From contig CALKWQ010000023.1 in the NCBI GenBank assembly GCA_938003925.1, forward strand, positions 243,799 through 307,798: DNA of 64,000 nucleotides, written 5' to 3'. This DNA comes from an uncultured bacterium (GTDB lineage Bacteria > Patescibacteriota > Patescibacteriia > Patescibacteriales > UBA12465). The notes under the pieces were generated by a model. The model had not been told where the DNA came from. It made no database searches and worked only from the letters and a program-made list of their open reading frames with translations. Position 1 is the first letter of the stretch. Each line of letters opens with the position of its first letter. Below are positions 1 to 9,152 of this stretch, piece by piece. The position numbers were made by a program, and so were the translations under genes.

Positions 1-596
1 AGAGCGCCAACTTTGGCCGTGAAGCTCGCCTGACTACCGCCTATCACGAACAGATTCATCAGGGAGGCATCAAAGATGAAGCCTTGACTGAGGGTATTGC
101 TAAAGCCTTAATGGCCCAAAAATTATATGGTCGCAATGCTGCCACTGGTGGTCGCCACGTCAATGAAATTGCTGCCAAAGCGAAGCAAATGAAAGATGGC
201 GGATCTAGTAATGCCGATATTTTGAAAATGGTTAATCAAGAGGCCTCTCAGCGTTCAGCCGCTGAAAGCAAGAGTAGGGCGGAGAGAGTCGTGCAGATGG
301 AATCAGGCAAGCGGGAGACGGAGACGGATTTTGTTGCCTCTTCAGTTGCTGGCAGTAATGTTGAAGTAAATATAGATACTAAAACTTTAGAGACTAAACT
401 GGATAGTTTACAGAAGAGTTTTAAATCTCTCAAGTTGCCCGCAGATAATAGTAGTAAGATGGCGCAGTGGTTTGCTGCTTTAAATACCACTATTCGTAAA
501 ACTAGTGGCAATACCGCCAGAGCTATTGATAAAATGCCTGTCGCCGAAGCTTCCACTCCGCTAGAAGTTGAGTTGATGGCTGACACGATTAAGTAA
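1..596 (+). CDS. hypothetical protein, C-terminal part (ORF open to the window edge)
   Basis: Frame 3 is open from nt 3 to the TAA at 594-596. The listed ORF 84..596 only starts at an internal TTG. No recognisable motif; charged and Ser-rich. Confidence 0.5.
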   Translation, partial: SANFGREARLTTAYHEQIHQGGIKDEALTEGIAKALMAQKLYGRNAATGGRHVNEIAAKAKQMKDGGSSNADILKMVNQEASQRSAAESKSRAERVVQMESGKRETETDFVASSVAGSNVEVNIDTKTLETKLDSLQKSFKSLKLPADNSSKMAQWFAALNTTIRKTSGNTARAIDKMPVAEASTPLEVELMADTIK

Positions 597-610
597 TAAC
601 TTTTCTTTTT

Positions 611-1636
611 ATGAATTATATTGCCGAATGCTTAAAAAGATTTCAGGAACTGGATGATAAATTTAAGACGGATTTAGGAGCCGGGACTGCTTATTTGGCC
701 ATGAAGTCTTTAGAGGACGAGTACCAAGTTCATTTATCTTTTGTCTTGGTTTTATTGGCTGTCGGTGAATTGGAGGAAAATGATGTGGCTGAGTATTTGC
801 AGCTTAAGTTTAAGCTAGATGCCACCCGTTCGGTCACCATAGCGCAAAGATTAGCCGCGGAGGCCTATTATCCAGCAGTGGAAAGAGCTCTGGCAGCCTC
901 AGCTCTTAGAGAAGATGAGTCTTTAGAAATCAAATATCAGGCGTTTGAATTATTGTCTATTTTTGAGGGCAGTTTACTATCTTTTTTACAGAAGAATCCG
1001 GCCGAGATCAAAGATTTTAACATTGCGGTATTTGCTGCTATTGATGCCGATAATGCCTTGGAGGATAAGCTGATTAATGCTTTGTATGCCAATAAAGAAT
1101 TAATTTCTAATACTAACATAATGTTAGGTGAGCGCGAGGTCAGACCGACCGTCGCTAATTGGATTAAGCACTTTGTCGCTGATAGTGGTAGTGGTTTATT
1201 TGATGGCTTGGTGCTCGCTAAATATTTGAGCACTTCGGCCTCAGTTAGCCAGTTGAGTGCTTCTGATAAAAATTTGTTATCTAAAGTTCTTAAAACTTAT
1301 CGCAATCTGGTTTTCTTTCCGGAAAGTATGGATAACATCCCCTTAGAATTGTGGGAGGTTTTACCAGTGGAAAACGAGAACGGTATGCGTGATGTTTTAG
1401 CTGATGGCGAGATGGATGAACAGCCTATCTTGAAAAAATCAGTAACTGCAATTAAAGAAAAAGTTCAGCAAGCAGTCGTTACAGAAGCACCAACAGCGGG
1501 CACCGACAACGAACCTTCTCAGTTAGCTAAGTTGCAAGCAGCTCTCAATGATTATTCTCCTAACAGCTTAGAGTATAAGGTGATTAAGCAGGAGCTTGAT
1601 CGTCTGCGTCAGCTGGCTGGTAAAAAAAATATTTAG
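611..1636 (+). CDS. hypothetical protein (341 aa)
   Basis: Long ORF with an ATG start, tightly spaced after the upstream gene and followed by a hairpin terminator. No motif recognised. Confidence 0.6.
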   Translation: MNYIAECLKRFQELDDKFKTDLGAGTAYLAMKSLEDEYQVHLSFVLVLLAVGELEENDVAEYLQLKFKLDATRSVTIAQRLAAEAYYPAVERALAASALREDESLEIKYQAFELLSIFEGSLLSFLQKNPAEIKDFNIAVFAAIDADNALEDKLINALYANKELISNTNIMLGEREVRPTVANWIKHFVADSGSGLFDGLVLAKYLSTSASVSQLSASDKNLLSKVLKTYRNLVFFPESMDNIPLELWEVLPVENENGMRDVLADGEMDEQPILKKSVTAIKEKVQQAVVTEAPTAGTDNEPSQLAKLQAALNDYSPNSLEYKVIKQELDRLRQLAGKKNI

Positions 1637-1665
1637 TATTCTTGGTGTTATTATCAATTATATAT

Positions 1666-1700
1666 AGCCGCCTTTAAATGGGGCGGCTTTATAGTTTTTT
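1666..1700 (+). terminator. rho-independent terminator candidate
   Basis: Stem agccgcc (1666-1672) / ggcggct (1682-1688) followed by a T-rich run. Confidence 0.55.
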
Positions 1701-1817
1701 GAGCTATTTTTAAGACACTTTTTAGCTTTCACATTTTTGGGGAAATATGCTAAAATGGAGATAATGCCCGGAACAGATATCTGCGCTTTCTAATTTTAGT
1801 TTTTTCTTCGTTGTCTC

Positions 1818-3374
1818 ATGTTTGATTATTTGCAACAATTTAATAAACTGCCAAAAGAGCTTAGAGAGAAAGTATCCTCGCCAGCCGTGATGGAGATTTT
1901 GTCGTCTCTGGAATCTAAGTATGGTTTGAGTTTGGCTATGTTGGTGATGCAGGTGATGATTAAACAAATTCCTCTCAAATCTTTGCCCTCGCACTTTGTG
2001 GCGGATATGGGCTTAAGCGCCGAGAAAGCGCAAGCTTTGACTCAAGAATTGCAAGAAAGAATATTTTTTGCGGTAGCGGCTTATCTTGGCCTTAGACCTT
2101 CAGCCCCGCTTACCCCAGAAGAAAAAGAGTTGCAGACTTTGATGAAAGAAAATAGTATTGTGTTGCCAAGCCAAGATTTGATGTCTCGTTGCCGTCAAAT
2201 CTTATTAACATACCGCAAAGGGGTACGCACTAAGATTGATACTCGTGCCGCTTTAGAGAGATCAGTAGCTCAAGGTGGTTTAGGTTTAGATCAGGCCGCT
2301 TCCGATCGTTTATTACGGGCTTTAGAACAACCACTGCCATCGGCCAAGGCTACAGTCACAGCGACTGTAACTGCGAATGCCTCTGTTACTGCTCTAAATA
2401 ATTTAATCAATAACAATGAAAAAGGAGCTTACGATCTGAAAAAAGCTTTGGCTAGCGGTCAGGTCAAGCCTCCGGCTGCTTTGGCTGATAAGTTTAAGCC
2501 AGCAGGAGTTAAATTAGACCCCAGCCATGAATTAATAGCGCCTGAGTCAGAATTGAGCTTGGAAGCGCCTGATAAAATTTTGAATTTGCCCACCAAAACT
2601 CCTGCGCAGGCAATTAGTACACCATCGGTCAAGCCATCAGCGCCGGCAGCTCCTACGCCGACAACTATTAAAAGTGATATCTCTGTTGTTCCGCCTGCTC
2701 CCCTTGTTCCTCCTGTCCCCGTTGCCCCGGTCGCCACAGAAGTTTCTGCAGTCACTGCAGACAAGCCAGCAGCACCAGCGGCGGCAACAGCTAAAGATTT
2801 ATCATCCCTGCAACCGCCGGTAGCGGTTAATGCGCCTTTTAAAAAAGCCACGACTGGAGGCCTGTGGTCAAAATTATTTAAAGATAAAAAAGAAAAAGCT
2901 TCTGCTCATCAGTCTTTAGGCAAGATTACAGCCGCCAGTGTTAATTTGGAAGAAGCAGTCAGAATGGCTAACCAAAAAGCAGCCACTGCTCGTCCCGCGG
3001 CTTCTAGTGAAACTCGTCCAAAGATGGAAGACGTGAAGGCGCGACCAAAAGTGATGGGGCCCCTGGAAGAGTTGCGTTATTTAGATTTAATCAATTTTCG
3101 GCGTCTAGGTTCCGACCCTAAAGACATTACCACTAAAATCGTATCAAAAATCAGATTGTTGGAAAAAGATGGTTATGACCGTATGGTAGAAGGGGTTCAG
3201 GCTTGGCGTCAAAGCCCGGTTAATAGGATTTATGTGCGCCTGGTACAAGAGGCAGTAGCTAAAGGTGTGACTTTAAAGGAGGCGGTAGCTATTCGTCAGC
3301 AAGAAAACAAGGAAACTCTCAGCATGGAAGAAATAGAAGCAATCGTAGCCATGAATAGCCAGCTCATGTTTTAA
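1818..3374 (+). CDS. hypothetical protein with central Ala/Pro/Thr-rich low-complexity linker (518 aa)
   Basis: Long ORF. TGcTAAAAT extended -10-like element at 1748-1756. The middle third is PAAP/PVAP-type low complexity; the C-terminal roughly 120 aa look globular. Confidence 0.6.
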   Translation: MFDYLQQFNKLPKELREKVSSPAVMEILSSLESKYGLSLAMLVMQVMIKQIPLKSLPSHFVADMGLSAEKAQALTQELQERIFFAVAAYLGLRPSAPLTPEEKELQTLMKENSIVLPSQDLMSRCRQILLTYRKGVRTKIDTRAALERSVAQGGLGLDQAASDRLLRALEQPLPSAKATVTATVTANASVTALNNLINNNEKGAYDLKKALASGQVKPPAALADKFKPAGVKLDPSHELIAPESELSLEAPDKILNLPTKTPAQAISTPSVKPSAPAAPTPTTIKSDISVVPPAPLVPPVPVAPVATEVSAVTADKPAAPAAATAKDLSSLQPPVAVNAPFKKATTGGLWSKLFKDKKEKASAHQSLGKITAASVNLEEAVRMANQKAATARPAASSETRPKMEDVKARPKVMGPLEELRYLDLINFRRLGSDPKDITTKIVSKIRLLEKDGYDRMVEGVQAWRQSPVNRIYVRLVQEAVAKGVTLKEAVAIRQQENKETLSMEEIEAIVAMNSQLMF

Positions 3375-3376
3375 AT

Positions 3377-3811
3377 ATGCAGCAATTTACAGTACCTCAA
3401 TTTATTGATGTAGAGAGCAAAATTATTGGCCCGATTACGGTGCGTCAATTTTTAATCTTTTTGGGCGGCGCCATCATCATCGGTATTAGCTATAAGATTT
3501 TTGATTTTGCTCTGTTTCTGACTGTTGGTATTATTGTTTTTGCCCTATCTGGAACCTTTGCCTTTTTGAAAATTAATGGCCGACCCTTTCATTTTTTTGT
3601 ACTTAATCTGGTGCAAACTTGGCGTCGCCCCAATTTAAGGGTTTGGAATCATCATTTAGGTTTTGTAGATAGCCCCGAGTTTACCCCTACCATTAAAGCG
3701 GAACCTTTAGTAGCCGTAAAAGAAACGTATCATTCCTCGCGTTTAGCCGATTTATCTCTAGTGGTTGACACTAAAGGTCGCTATCGTGGCGATAAATCTG
3801 AAGATATTTAA
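3377..3811 (+). CDS. PrgI-family (VirB3-like) small membrane protein of type IV secretion systems
   Basis: N-terminus MQQFTVPQFIDVESKIIGPITVRQF followed by two TM helices is the pattern I associate with the PrgI family. It lies two genes upstream of a VirB4-like ATPase and starts 3 nt after the previous stop. Confidence 0.6.
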   Translation: MQQFTVPQFIDVESKIIGPITVRQFLIFLGGAIIIGISYKIFDFALFLTVGIIVFALSGTFAFLKINGRPFHFFVLNLVQTWRRPNLRVWNHHLGFVDSPEFTPTIKAEPLVAVKETYHSSRLADLSLVVDTKGRYRGDKSEDI

Positions 3812-3816
3812 TTTTT

Positions 3817-4500
3817 ATGCCCGAAAACAGTTTAGCGCGCAACAAAGTTAATGTGTCTACTCAGCAGTATTTAGATATTGCTGAGATTAAAGATGATGTT
3901 GTTATCATGAAGGATGGTACTTTGCGCTCAGTTTTGTTAGTATCCAGCATCAATTTTGCTTTAAAAAGTGAAGATGAACAGAATGCCGTAATTAATTCCT
4001 ACGTGATGTTTTTGAATAATCTCAATTTCATGTTGGAGATAGTTATTCAATCGCGTGAATTAGATATTGATAATTACCTTAATTATCTCAGAGAAAAAGA
4101 GAAACAACAGCTCAATAAATTGTTGAAGATTCAGACCGCTGAATATGTGGAATACATCAAGGAGCTTACTTCCATCGGCAAGATTATGAATAAGAGATTT
4201 TATGTTGTTGTGCCATACAATCCCTTGTCCGACAAGCATAAGAGTTTCTTTTCTTTGTTGCAGGAGGCTGTTAAGCCGGCCACTTCTATAAAATTAAAAG
4301 AGAAGAGTTTCTTGCGCTACAAAGAAATGCTCAACCGTCGCCTGGAAAGCGTTATTGGCGGTCTGGAATCAATCGGAGTGAGCGTAGCTCGTTTAGATAC
4401 CCAGAGCTTAATCGAATTGTATTACAAGACTTATAACCCAGAAACGGCTAAAAATCAGAATTTAGTTGAGGTGCAGAAGTTGCGAGTGGAGAGCAATTAA
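3817..4500 (+). CDS. hypothetical protein, T4SS-module associated (227 aa)
   Basis: Tightly packed between the PrgI-like and VirB4-like genes. No motif recognised. Confidence 0.55.
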   Translation: MPENSLARNKVNVSTQQYLDIAEIKDDVVIMKDGTLRSVLLVSSINFALKSEDEQNAVINSYVMFLNNLNFMLEIVIQSRELDIDNYLNYLREKEKQQLNKLLKIQTAEYVEYIKELTSIGKIMNKRFYVVVPYNPLSDKHKSFFSLLQEAVKPATSIKLKEKSFLRYKEMLNRRLESVIGGLESIGVSVARLDTQSLIELYYKTYNPETAKNQNLVEVQKLRVESN

Positions 4501-4509
4501 TATGACCGT

Positions 4510-6399
4510 ATGATTAATTTTAATAAAAACGACGACAAACAAAAAATTACTCTCAATACGCCGATTTCTCTTAAAGGCAAAGAGCGCTCTATTGAGTCTG
4601 ATCCAGAATTGACTAGGGAAATTATTGAAGAGGAAAAAGCTTTTAGGCGCGGCGTTTTGACGGTGCGCGATATTATTTCTCCGGCTAGTCTGCAGATTAC
4701 CCCTAAACATCTTCGCCTTGGTTCTAAATTTGTACGCACTATTTTTGTAATTGGCTATCCTCGCTATATTAGCGTTGGCTGGTTTGCTCCGATCATCAAT
4801 TTAAACCTGACTTTTGACGTTTCCATGTTCTTTTATCCGGTTAAAAGTTCTATTATTTTAAAACAGTTGAAGAATAAAGTTGGTGCCTTAGAGGCTCAGA
4901 TTGTATCTGACGCGGAAAAGGGAGCAGCGCGCGATCCTTTGCGAGAAACAGCTTTGCGCGATATTGAATATTTGCGCGATGCCTTGACTCAGGGTACAGA
5001 AAAATTCTTTCAATTCTCTTTGTATGTTACCTTGTATTCTGACGACTTGGAGGAGCTAGATCGGATGTCGGACCAGGTAGAAGATATTTTTGGTTCACGT
5101 CTAGTTTATTCTCGTCGTGTTTACTTCCAAGCAGAACAGGGATTTAGCTCCACACTACCTCTTTGTAATGATGAGCTCTATATTACCTTCAACATGAACT
5201 CCTCGCCGATTGCAGCTTCTTTCCCCTTTATCTCCAGTGAACTCACCAGCGATCGGGGTATTTTGTATGGTATCAATCGTCATAATAACAGCTTAATTTT
5301 ATTTGATCGCTTTTCTCTGCAAAACGCTAATTCTGTTGTTTTTGCTACCTCTGGAGCTGGTAAATCATACGCTATTAAACTGGAGATCCTGCGCTCTTTA
5401 ATGATGGGCTCTGAAGTGATTGTCATTGATCCCGAGTATGAGTACAAGCATTTAGCGGAGGCGGTGGGCGGTACTTATATTAACATCTCCCTGGCGTCAG
5501 AAAACAAGATTAATCCTTTTGATTTACCTAGAGCGATTGGCGGAGAGGCCAAGCCCAAAGACATTATCCGTAGTGCCGTTATTACACTCAAAGGCTTAGT
5601 GCGCCTGATGTTGGGCAAGCTGAATTATGATGAAGACTCCATTGTTGATCGAGCCCTGTTGGAAACTTATGCGAAAAAGGATATCACGCCCGACTCTGAT
5701 TTATCGGCTATTGAGGCGCCGATTATGGCGGATTTTGAACAGGTCTTAGACGGTATGGAGGGCGGCGGTGATTTAGCTTTACGTCTGAAGAAATTTACAG
5801 AAGGTACTTTTTCTGGTTTGTTAAACAGCCCCACTAATGTAGAGATGAATAATCAATTAGTTTGTTTTTCGGTTCGCGATCTTGAAGACGAGCTGCGTCC
5901 TTTGGCTATTTATACTATTGTTAATTACATCTGGAATATTGTGCGTAGCGAGATGCGCCAGCGTATTTTAGTAATTGATGAAGCTTGGTGGATGATGCAA
6001 AATGAAGACAGCGCCAAATTTATCTTTGCCTTAGTCAAGCGCTGCCGTAAGTATTATCTGGGCGTGACTACTATTACCCAGGATGTTAACGACTTTCTCA
6101 CTTCTCCTTATGGCCAGGCCATCGTGACTAACTCTTCTTTGCAAATTCTCTTGAAGCAATCACCTGCGGCTATTGATTTGATTCAGAAAACTTTCTTATT
6201 GACCGAAGGGGAAAAATACTTACTATTGGAATGTGGCGTAGGTGAAGGCATCTTTTTCGCTGGCAATAAGCATGTGGCCATGAAAGTAGTGGCGTCTTAC
6301 GCTGAAGACCAGCTGATTACTTCTGATCCTCGTCAGCTTCTAGAGATTGAAGAGGCTAAAAAAGAATTCAATGACAGCTTAGCTCAAAATCAAGCTTAA
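4510..6399 (+). CDS. VirB4/TraE-like type IV secretion ATPase (DUF87/AAA_10-type)
   Basis: Walker A FATSGAGKSY, Walker B-like RILVIDEAWWM, 629 aa, with the VirB4-like C-terminal ATPase layout and PrgI-like neighbourhood. Confidence 0.8.
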   Translation: MINFNKNDDKQKITLNTPISLKGKERSIESDPELTREIIEEEKAFRRGVLTVRDIISPASLQITPKHLRLGSKFVRTIFVIGYPRYISVGWFAPIINLNLTFDVSMFFYPVKSSIILKQLKNKVGALEAQIVSDAEKGAARDPLRETALRDIEYLRDALTQGTEKFFQFSLYVTLYSDDLEELDRMSDQVEDIFGSRLVYSRRVYFQAEQGFSSTLPLCNDELYITFNMNSSPIAASFPFISSELTSDRGILYGINRHNNSLILFDRFSLQNANSVVFATSGAGKSYAIKLEILRSLMMGSEVIVIDPEYEYKHLAEAVGGTYINISLASENKINPFDLPRAIGGEAKPKDIIRSAVITLKGLVRLMLGKLNYDEDSIVDRALLETYAKKDITPDSDLSAIEAPIMADFEQVLDGMEGGGDLALRLKKFTEGTFSGLLNSPTNVEMNNQLVCFSVRDLEDELRPLAIYTIVNYIWNIVRSEMRQRILVIDEAWWMMQNEDSAKFIFALVKRCRKYYLGVTTITQDVNDFLTSPYGQAIVTNSSLQILLKQSPAAIDLIQKTFLLTEGEKYLLLECGVGEGIFFAGNKHVAMKVVASYAEDQLITSDPRQLLEIEEAKKEFNDSLAQNQA

Positions 6400-6409
6400 T
6401 TAAAATCAT

Positions 6410-7027
6410 ATGGATAATCGTAAAAAACTAGGTATCTTTATCATCATTATCGGTTTGCTCATTATCGCCGGTATCATCTATTTTATTTTTATTCGAACAG
6501 ATGACGGCAATGATGTTCCGACAGTGCCGACAGCCACGACCACAGTGCAGTTACCCAGTGAGCCAGATACTAGCAGTACGACACCGAGTGATAAGCCTCG
6601 CAATTATCAGCAATATGACATTAGCCAAGAGGCAGAACACGAGATTAATGCTACTGATGTGGCTAAGTTGGCAGCTGCTTTTGCTGAGCGTCTAGGATCT
6701 TTTTCCAACCAGTCTAACTATCGTAATTTTGAAGACTTAAATATTTTTATGACTGCCTCCATGCGTTCTTGGGCGGTTGATTACGTGGCGAAAATGCGCC
6801 TGGACAATCCCTATGATGGTAATTATTACGGTATTACTACCCAGGCTGTAAATACTGAGGTTAAGACCTTTGATGATAAGGCGGGCAAGGCGCAGGTGAT
6901 GGTTAATACCCAGCGCCGAGAGGTAAAAACTGACGGTGGGGAAAATAACTTCGCCCAGAATTTGCGCCTCGATTTTGTTAAACAAGACGGTCAATGGCTG
7001 GTAGATGGCGCTTATTGGGAAAAATAA
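6410..7027 (+). CDS. membrane-anchored hypothetical protein (205 aa)
   Basis: N-terminal TM helix (LGIFIIIIGLLIIAGIIYFIFI), a Thr/Pro linker, then a globular domain. It is the last gene of the T4SS-like run. Confidence 0.55.
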   Translation: MDNRKKLGIFIIIIGLLIIAGIIYFIFIRTDDGNDVPTVPTATTTVQLPSEPDTSSTTPSDKPRNYQQYDISQEAEHEINATDVAKLAAAFAERLGSFSNQSNYRNFEDLNIFMTASMRSWAVDYVAKMRLDNPYDGNYYGITTQAVNTEVKTFDDKAGKAQVMVNTQRREVKTDGGENNFAQNLRLDFVKQDGQWLVDGAYWEK

Positions 7028-7030
7028 TTT

Positions 7031-8377
7031 ATGGCTTTAAAAAGGATTTATACTTGTGGCCACTGCGACGCCCAGTTTCCTAAGTGGAGTGGGCGTTGTT
7101 TAGAGTGTGGCGCCTGGGGTACACTGGCGGAAAGCATCACTGACGCGCAGAGCGAAAAAAAAGCCGAGGCTAAGCAGATGGGGGGAGCGACAGTGGTGGA
7201 TTTACGAACTCTAAAAAGCGGTCCCGAGGTGCGAATCCATAGCGGCTGGGAAGAAATTGACAGGGTGTTAGGGGGCGGGCTCCTGCCTGGATCTTTGTTA
7301 CTATTGAGCGGTGAACCAGGTATTGGTAAAAGCACTCTAGCCGCTCAATTAGCCAATGCTTTAAGCCAGGCAGGTGAAGTTTTGTATGTTAGCGGCGAGG
7401 AGTCAGCTACTCAAGTTAAGTCACGTTTAGAAAGATTATCTTGTGATTTGAGTCGATTGCGCTTCATCGGCGAAACCAGTGTAGAAAAGATTAGCGGGGC
7501 AGCCTTAAAATTAAAACCAACCTTAATGGTGGTTGATTCTATCCAAACCGTCTATTCCTCACTGATTCCTTCTGAGGCTGGCAGTCTAAGCCAGATCAGA
7601 GCGGTGGCGGTTAAATTTCTAGAAATTGCCAAAGAGCAAGGCATTACCGTTCTACTCATTGGCCATATCACCAAAGACGGTCAGATTGCCGGACCTAAAT
7701 CTTTGGAGCATATTGTAGATACGGTCTTGTCCCTAGAGAGTGAGCCAGGCAGTAATTATTGTCTATTGCGGGCCAGTAAAAATCGTTTTGGTTCAGTCAA
7801 CGAGTTGGGCGTCTTGGAGATGACCGGACAAGGCTTCGTAGAGGCTAAAGACCCAAGCTCTGTCTTCTTGGGAGCAGGCGCGAGCGCTATTGCTGGCTCG
7901 GTCATCGGTTGTGTTTTAGAAGGTAGCCGCCCCTTTCTGGTTAACATTCAGGCTTTAGTAACTAAAACTGTGTTTGGCTATCCTCAGCGCAAGGCCAGCG
8001 GTTTAGATTTAAATCGTTTACAGGTGTTGAGCGCTGTTATCGCTAAACGCAGCAAGATTAACCTGGTAACGCGTGATATTATTTTAAATGTGGTCGGAGG
8101 CCTAAAAATTAATGACCCCGCTTTAGATTTGGCAGTTTGTGCAGCCATGATTTCTTCTTATTTGAATAAACCTTTACCTGCCGGCATGGTTATTATCGGT
8201 GAAATTGGTCTAGGAGCTGAACTGCGCCCAGTATTTCGTTTAGAGCAACGCCTTAAAGAAGCTGAGAAGTTGGGCTTCAAGAGCGCCCTGATACCAGCGG
8301 GGGCAGAGTATAAGTCGGGCAAGTTAAAACTGATTAAAATTAGTGGTTTAAGTGAATTGGTAGAAATATTAGGCTAA
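7031..8377 (+). CDS. radA: DNA repair protein RadA/Sms
   Basis: N-terminal zinc ribbon CGHCDAQFPKWSGRCLECGAWG, Walker A GEPGIGKST, the KNRFG motif and a Lon-like C-terminal domain. Confidence 0.95.
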   Translation: MALKRIYTCGHCDAQFPKWSGRCLECGAWGTLAESITDAQSEKKAEAKQMGGATVVDLRTLKSGPEVRIHSGWEEIDRVLGGGLLPGSLLLLSGEPGIGKSTLAAQLANALSQAGEVLYVSGEESATQVKSRLERLSCDLSRLRFIGETSVEKISGAALKLKPTLMVVDSIQTVYSSLIPSEAGSLSQIRAVAVKFLEIAKEQGITVLLIGHITKDGQIAGPKSLEHIVDTVLSLESEPGSNYCLLRASKNRFGSVNELGVLEMTGQGFVEAKDPSSVFLGAGASAIAGSVIGCVLEGSRPFLVNIQALVTKTVFGYPQRKASGLDLNRLQVLSAVIAKRSKINLVTRDIILNVVGGLKINDPALDLAVCAAMISSYLNKPLPAGMVIIGEIGLGAELRPVFRLEQRLKEAEKLGFKSALIPAGAEYKSGKLKLIKISGLSELVEILG

Positions 8378-8412
8378 TATTAAAATATTAATTATTGTTA
8401 GGCCTTTAGCTA

Positions 8413-8441
8413 TTGACAATATTAAATAAAAGTGATATAAT
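8413..8441 (+). promoter_or_regulatory. consensus sigma70-type promoter
   Basis: TTGACA (8413-8418), a 17-nt spacer, then TATAAT (8436-8441). Confidence 0.6.
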
Positions 8442-8464
8442 TCAGTCAGCGTACCTTGAAAAAG

Positions 8465-8524
8465 AGATTTAGGGTTTGGTAAGGGACAATCAATATCGGT
8501 TTTTCCTTACAAACCCCTAAATCT
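8465..8524 (+). promoter_or_regulatory. long imperfect hairpin in the 5' leader of the 79-aa membrane protein gene
   Basis: agatttagggtttggtaagg (8465-8484) pairs with ccttacaaacccctaaatct (8505-8524). About 19 bp with two bulges and a 20-nt loop, ending 8 nt before the ATG at 8533. Confidence 0.5.
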
Positions 8525-8532
8525 TTGAAACA

Positions 8533-8772
8533 ATGAAAACAATGAAAAAAGTTTACACCATGATGTTGAACGTAATTGTTATTGTAGGCCTTTTAAGCCT
8601 CATTTACATGGTGTTAGTCTTTATATCTCTCGCCGGCATGCTTGACGGTGGTGGTACCGGAGAAATTTTGGAATCATGCAAATCCCCAATTCTTTATATC
8701 GGTATGCCCATCTCTATCATTTTCTTGGCTTTTTTAAAAAAGACCAGAAAAAGGCTTATCGGTTTAGATTAG
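8533..8772 (+). CDS. small two-TM membrane protein (79 aa)
   Basis: Two hydrophobic helices and a basic C-terminus, with a promoter and structured leader upstream and a hairpin terminator downstream. Confidence 0.45.
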   Translation: MKTMKKVYTMMLNVIVIVGLLSLIYMVLVFISLAGMLDGGGTGEILESCKSPILYIGMPISIIFLAFLKKTRKRLIGLD

Positions 8773-8880
8773 AGAAAATTTTACAAGCTTCCCCATAAAG
8801 GAAGCTTTTTTCATATAAAAAAGCTCTCCGGAGAGAGCTTTGGTAGGGAGGAGTGAGCCTAGAATTTTTTTTGTGGCACT

Positions 8881-9081
8881 TTAAGCGCGCATGATGATGC
8901 CGGCTCTTTCCGTTATTTCCATTTCGATTTGGTCTAACGGAATGCTGTTTGGCAGTCTTTCGTCAGTGCAATCACTGACATTTTTGGCGTTCCTTACCAC
9001 GAGTTCCTCATCGTCATAAAAGACATCGCCTTCATCGAAAGCTAAGTCGACACCATTGAATGATCCAAAATGAATGCTCAT
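8881..9081 (-). CDS. small acidic hypothetical protein (66 aa)
   Basis: ORF preceded on the minus strand by TTGACA (9145-9150), a 17-nt spacer and TAAACT (9122-9127). Confidence 0.4.
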   Translation of the reverse strand: MSIHFGSFNGVDLAFDEGDVFYDDEELVVRNAKNVSDCTDERLPNSIPLDQIEMEITERAGIIMRA

Positions 9082-9152
9082 TTTTTAAAAGTTTTAAATG
9101 AATACTGCTAATTATGAATTCAGTTTATATATTTTAGGCAAATTTGTCAAGA

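Noticed and set aside
2459-2851. Antisense and overlapping ORFs throughout the track
   Set aside because: Examples are 248-586, 937-1233, 2459-2851, 4462-4739, 6501-6695, 6737-6994, 7048-7335, 9478-9675, 10303-10498, 12681-13490, 15230-15962, 24326-24553, 35276-35527, 38893-39159, 39961-40314, 43696-44022, 45817-46188, 48460-53270 and 59249-59822. Each lies wholly inside a longer ORF with recognisable motifs or better context. Their low-complexity or repeat-derived compositions are typical of shadow frames.
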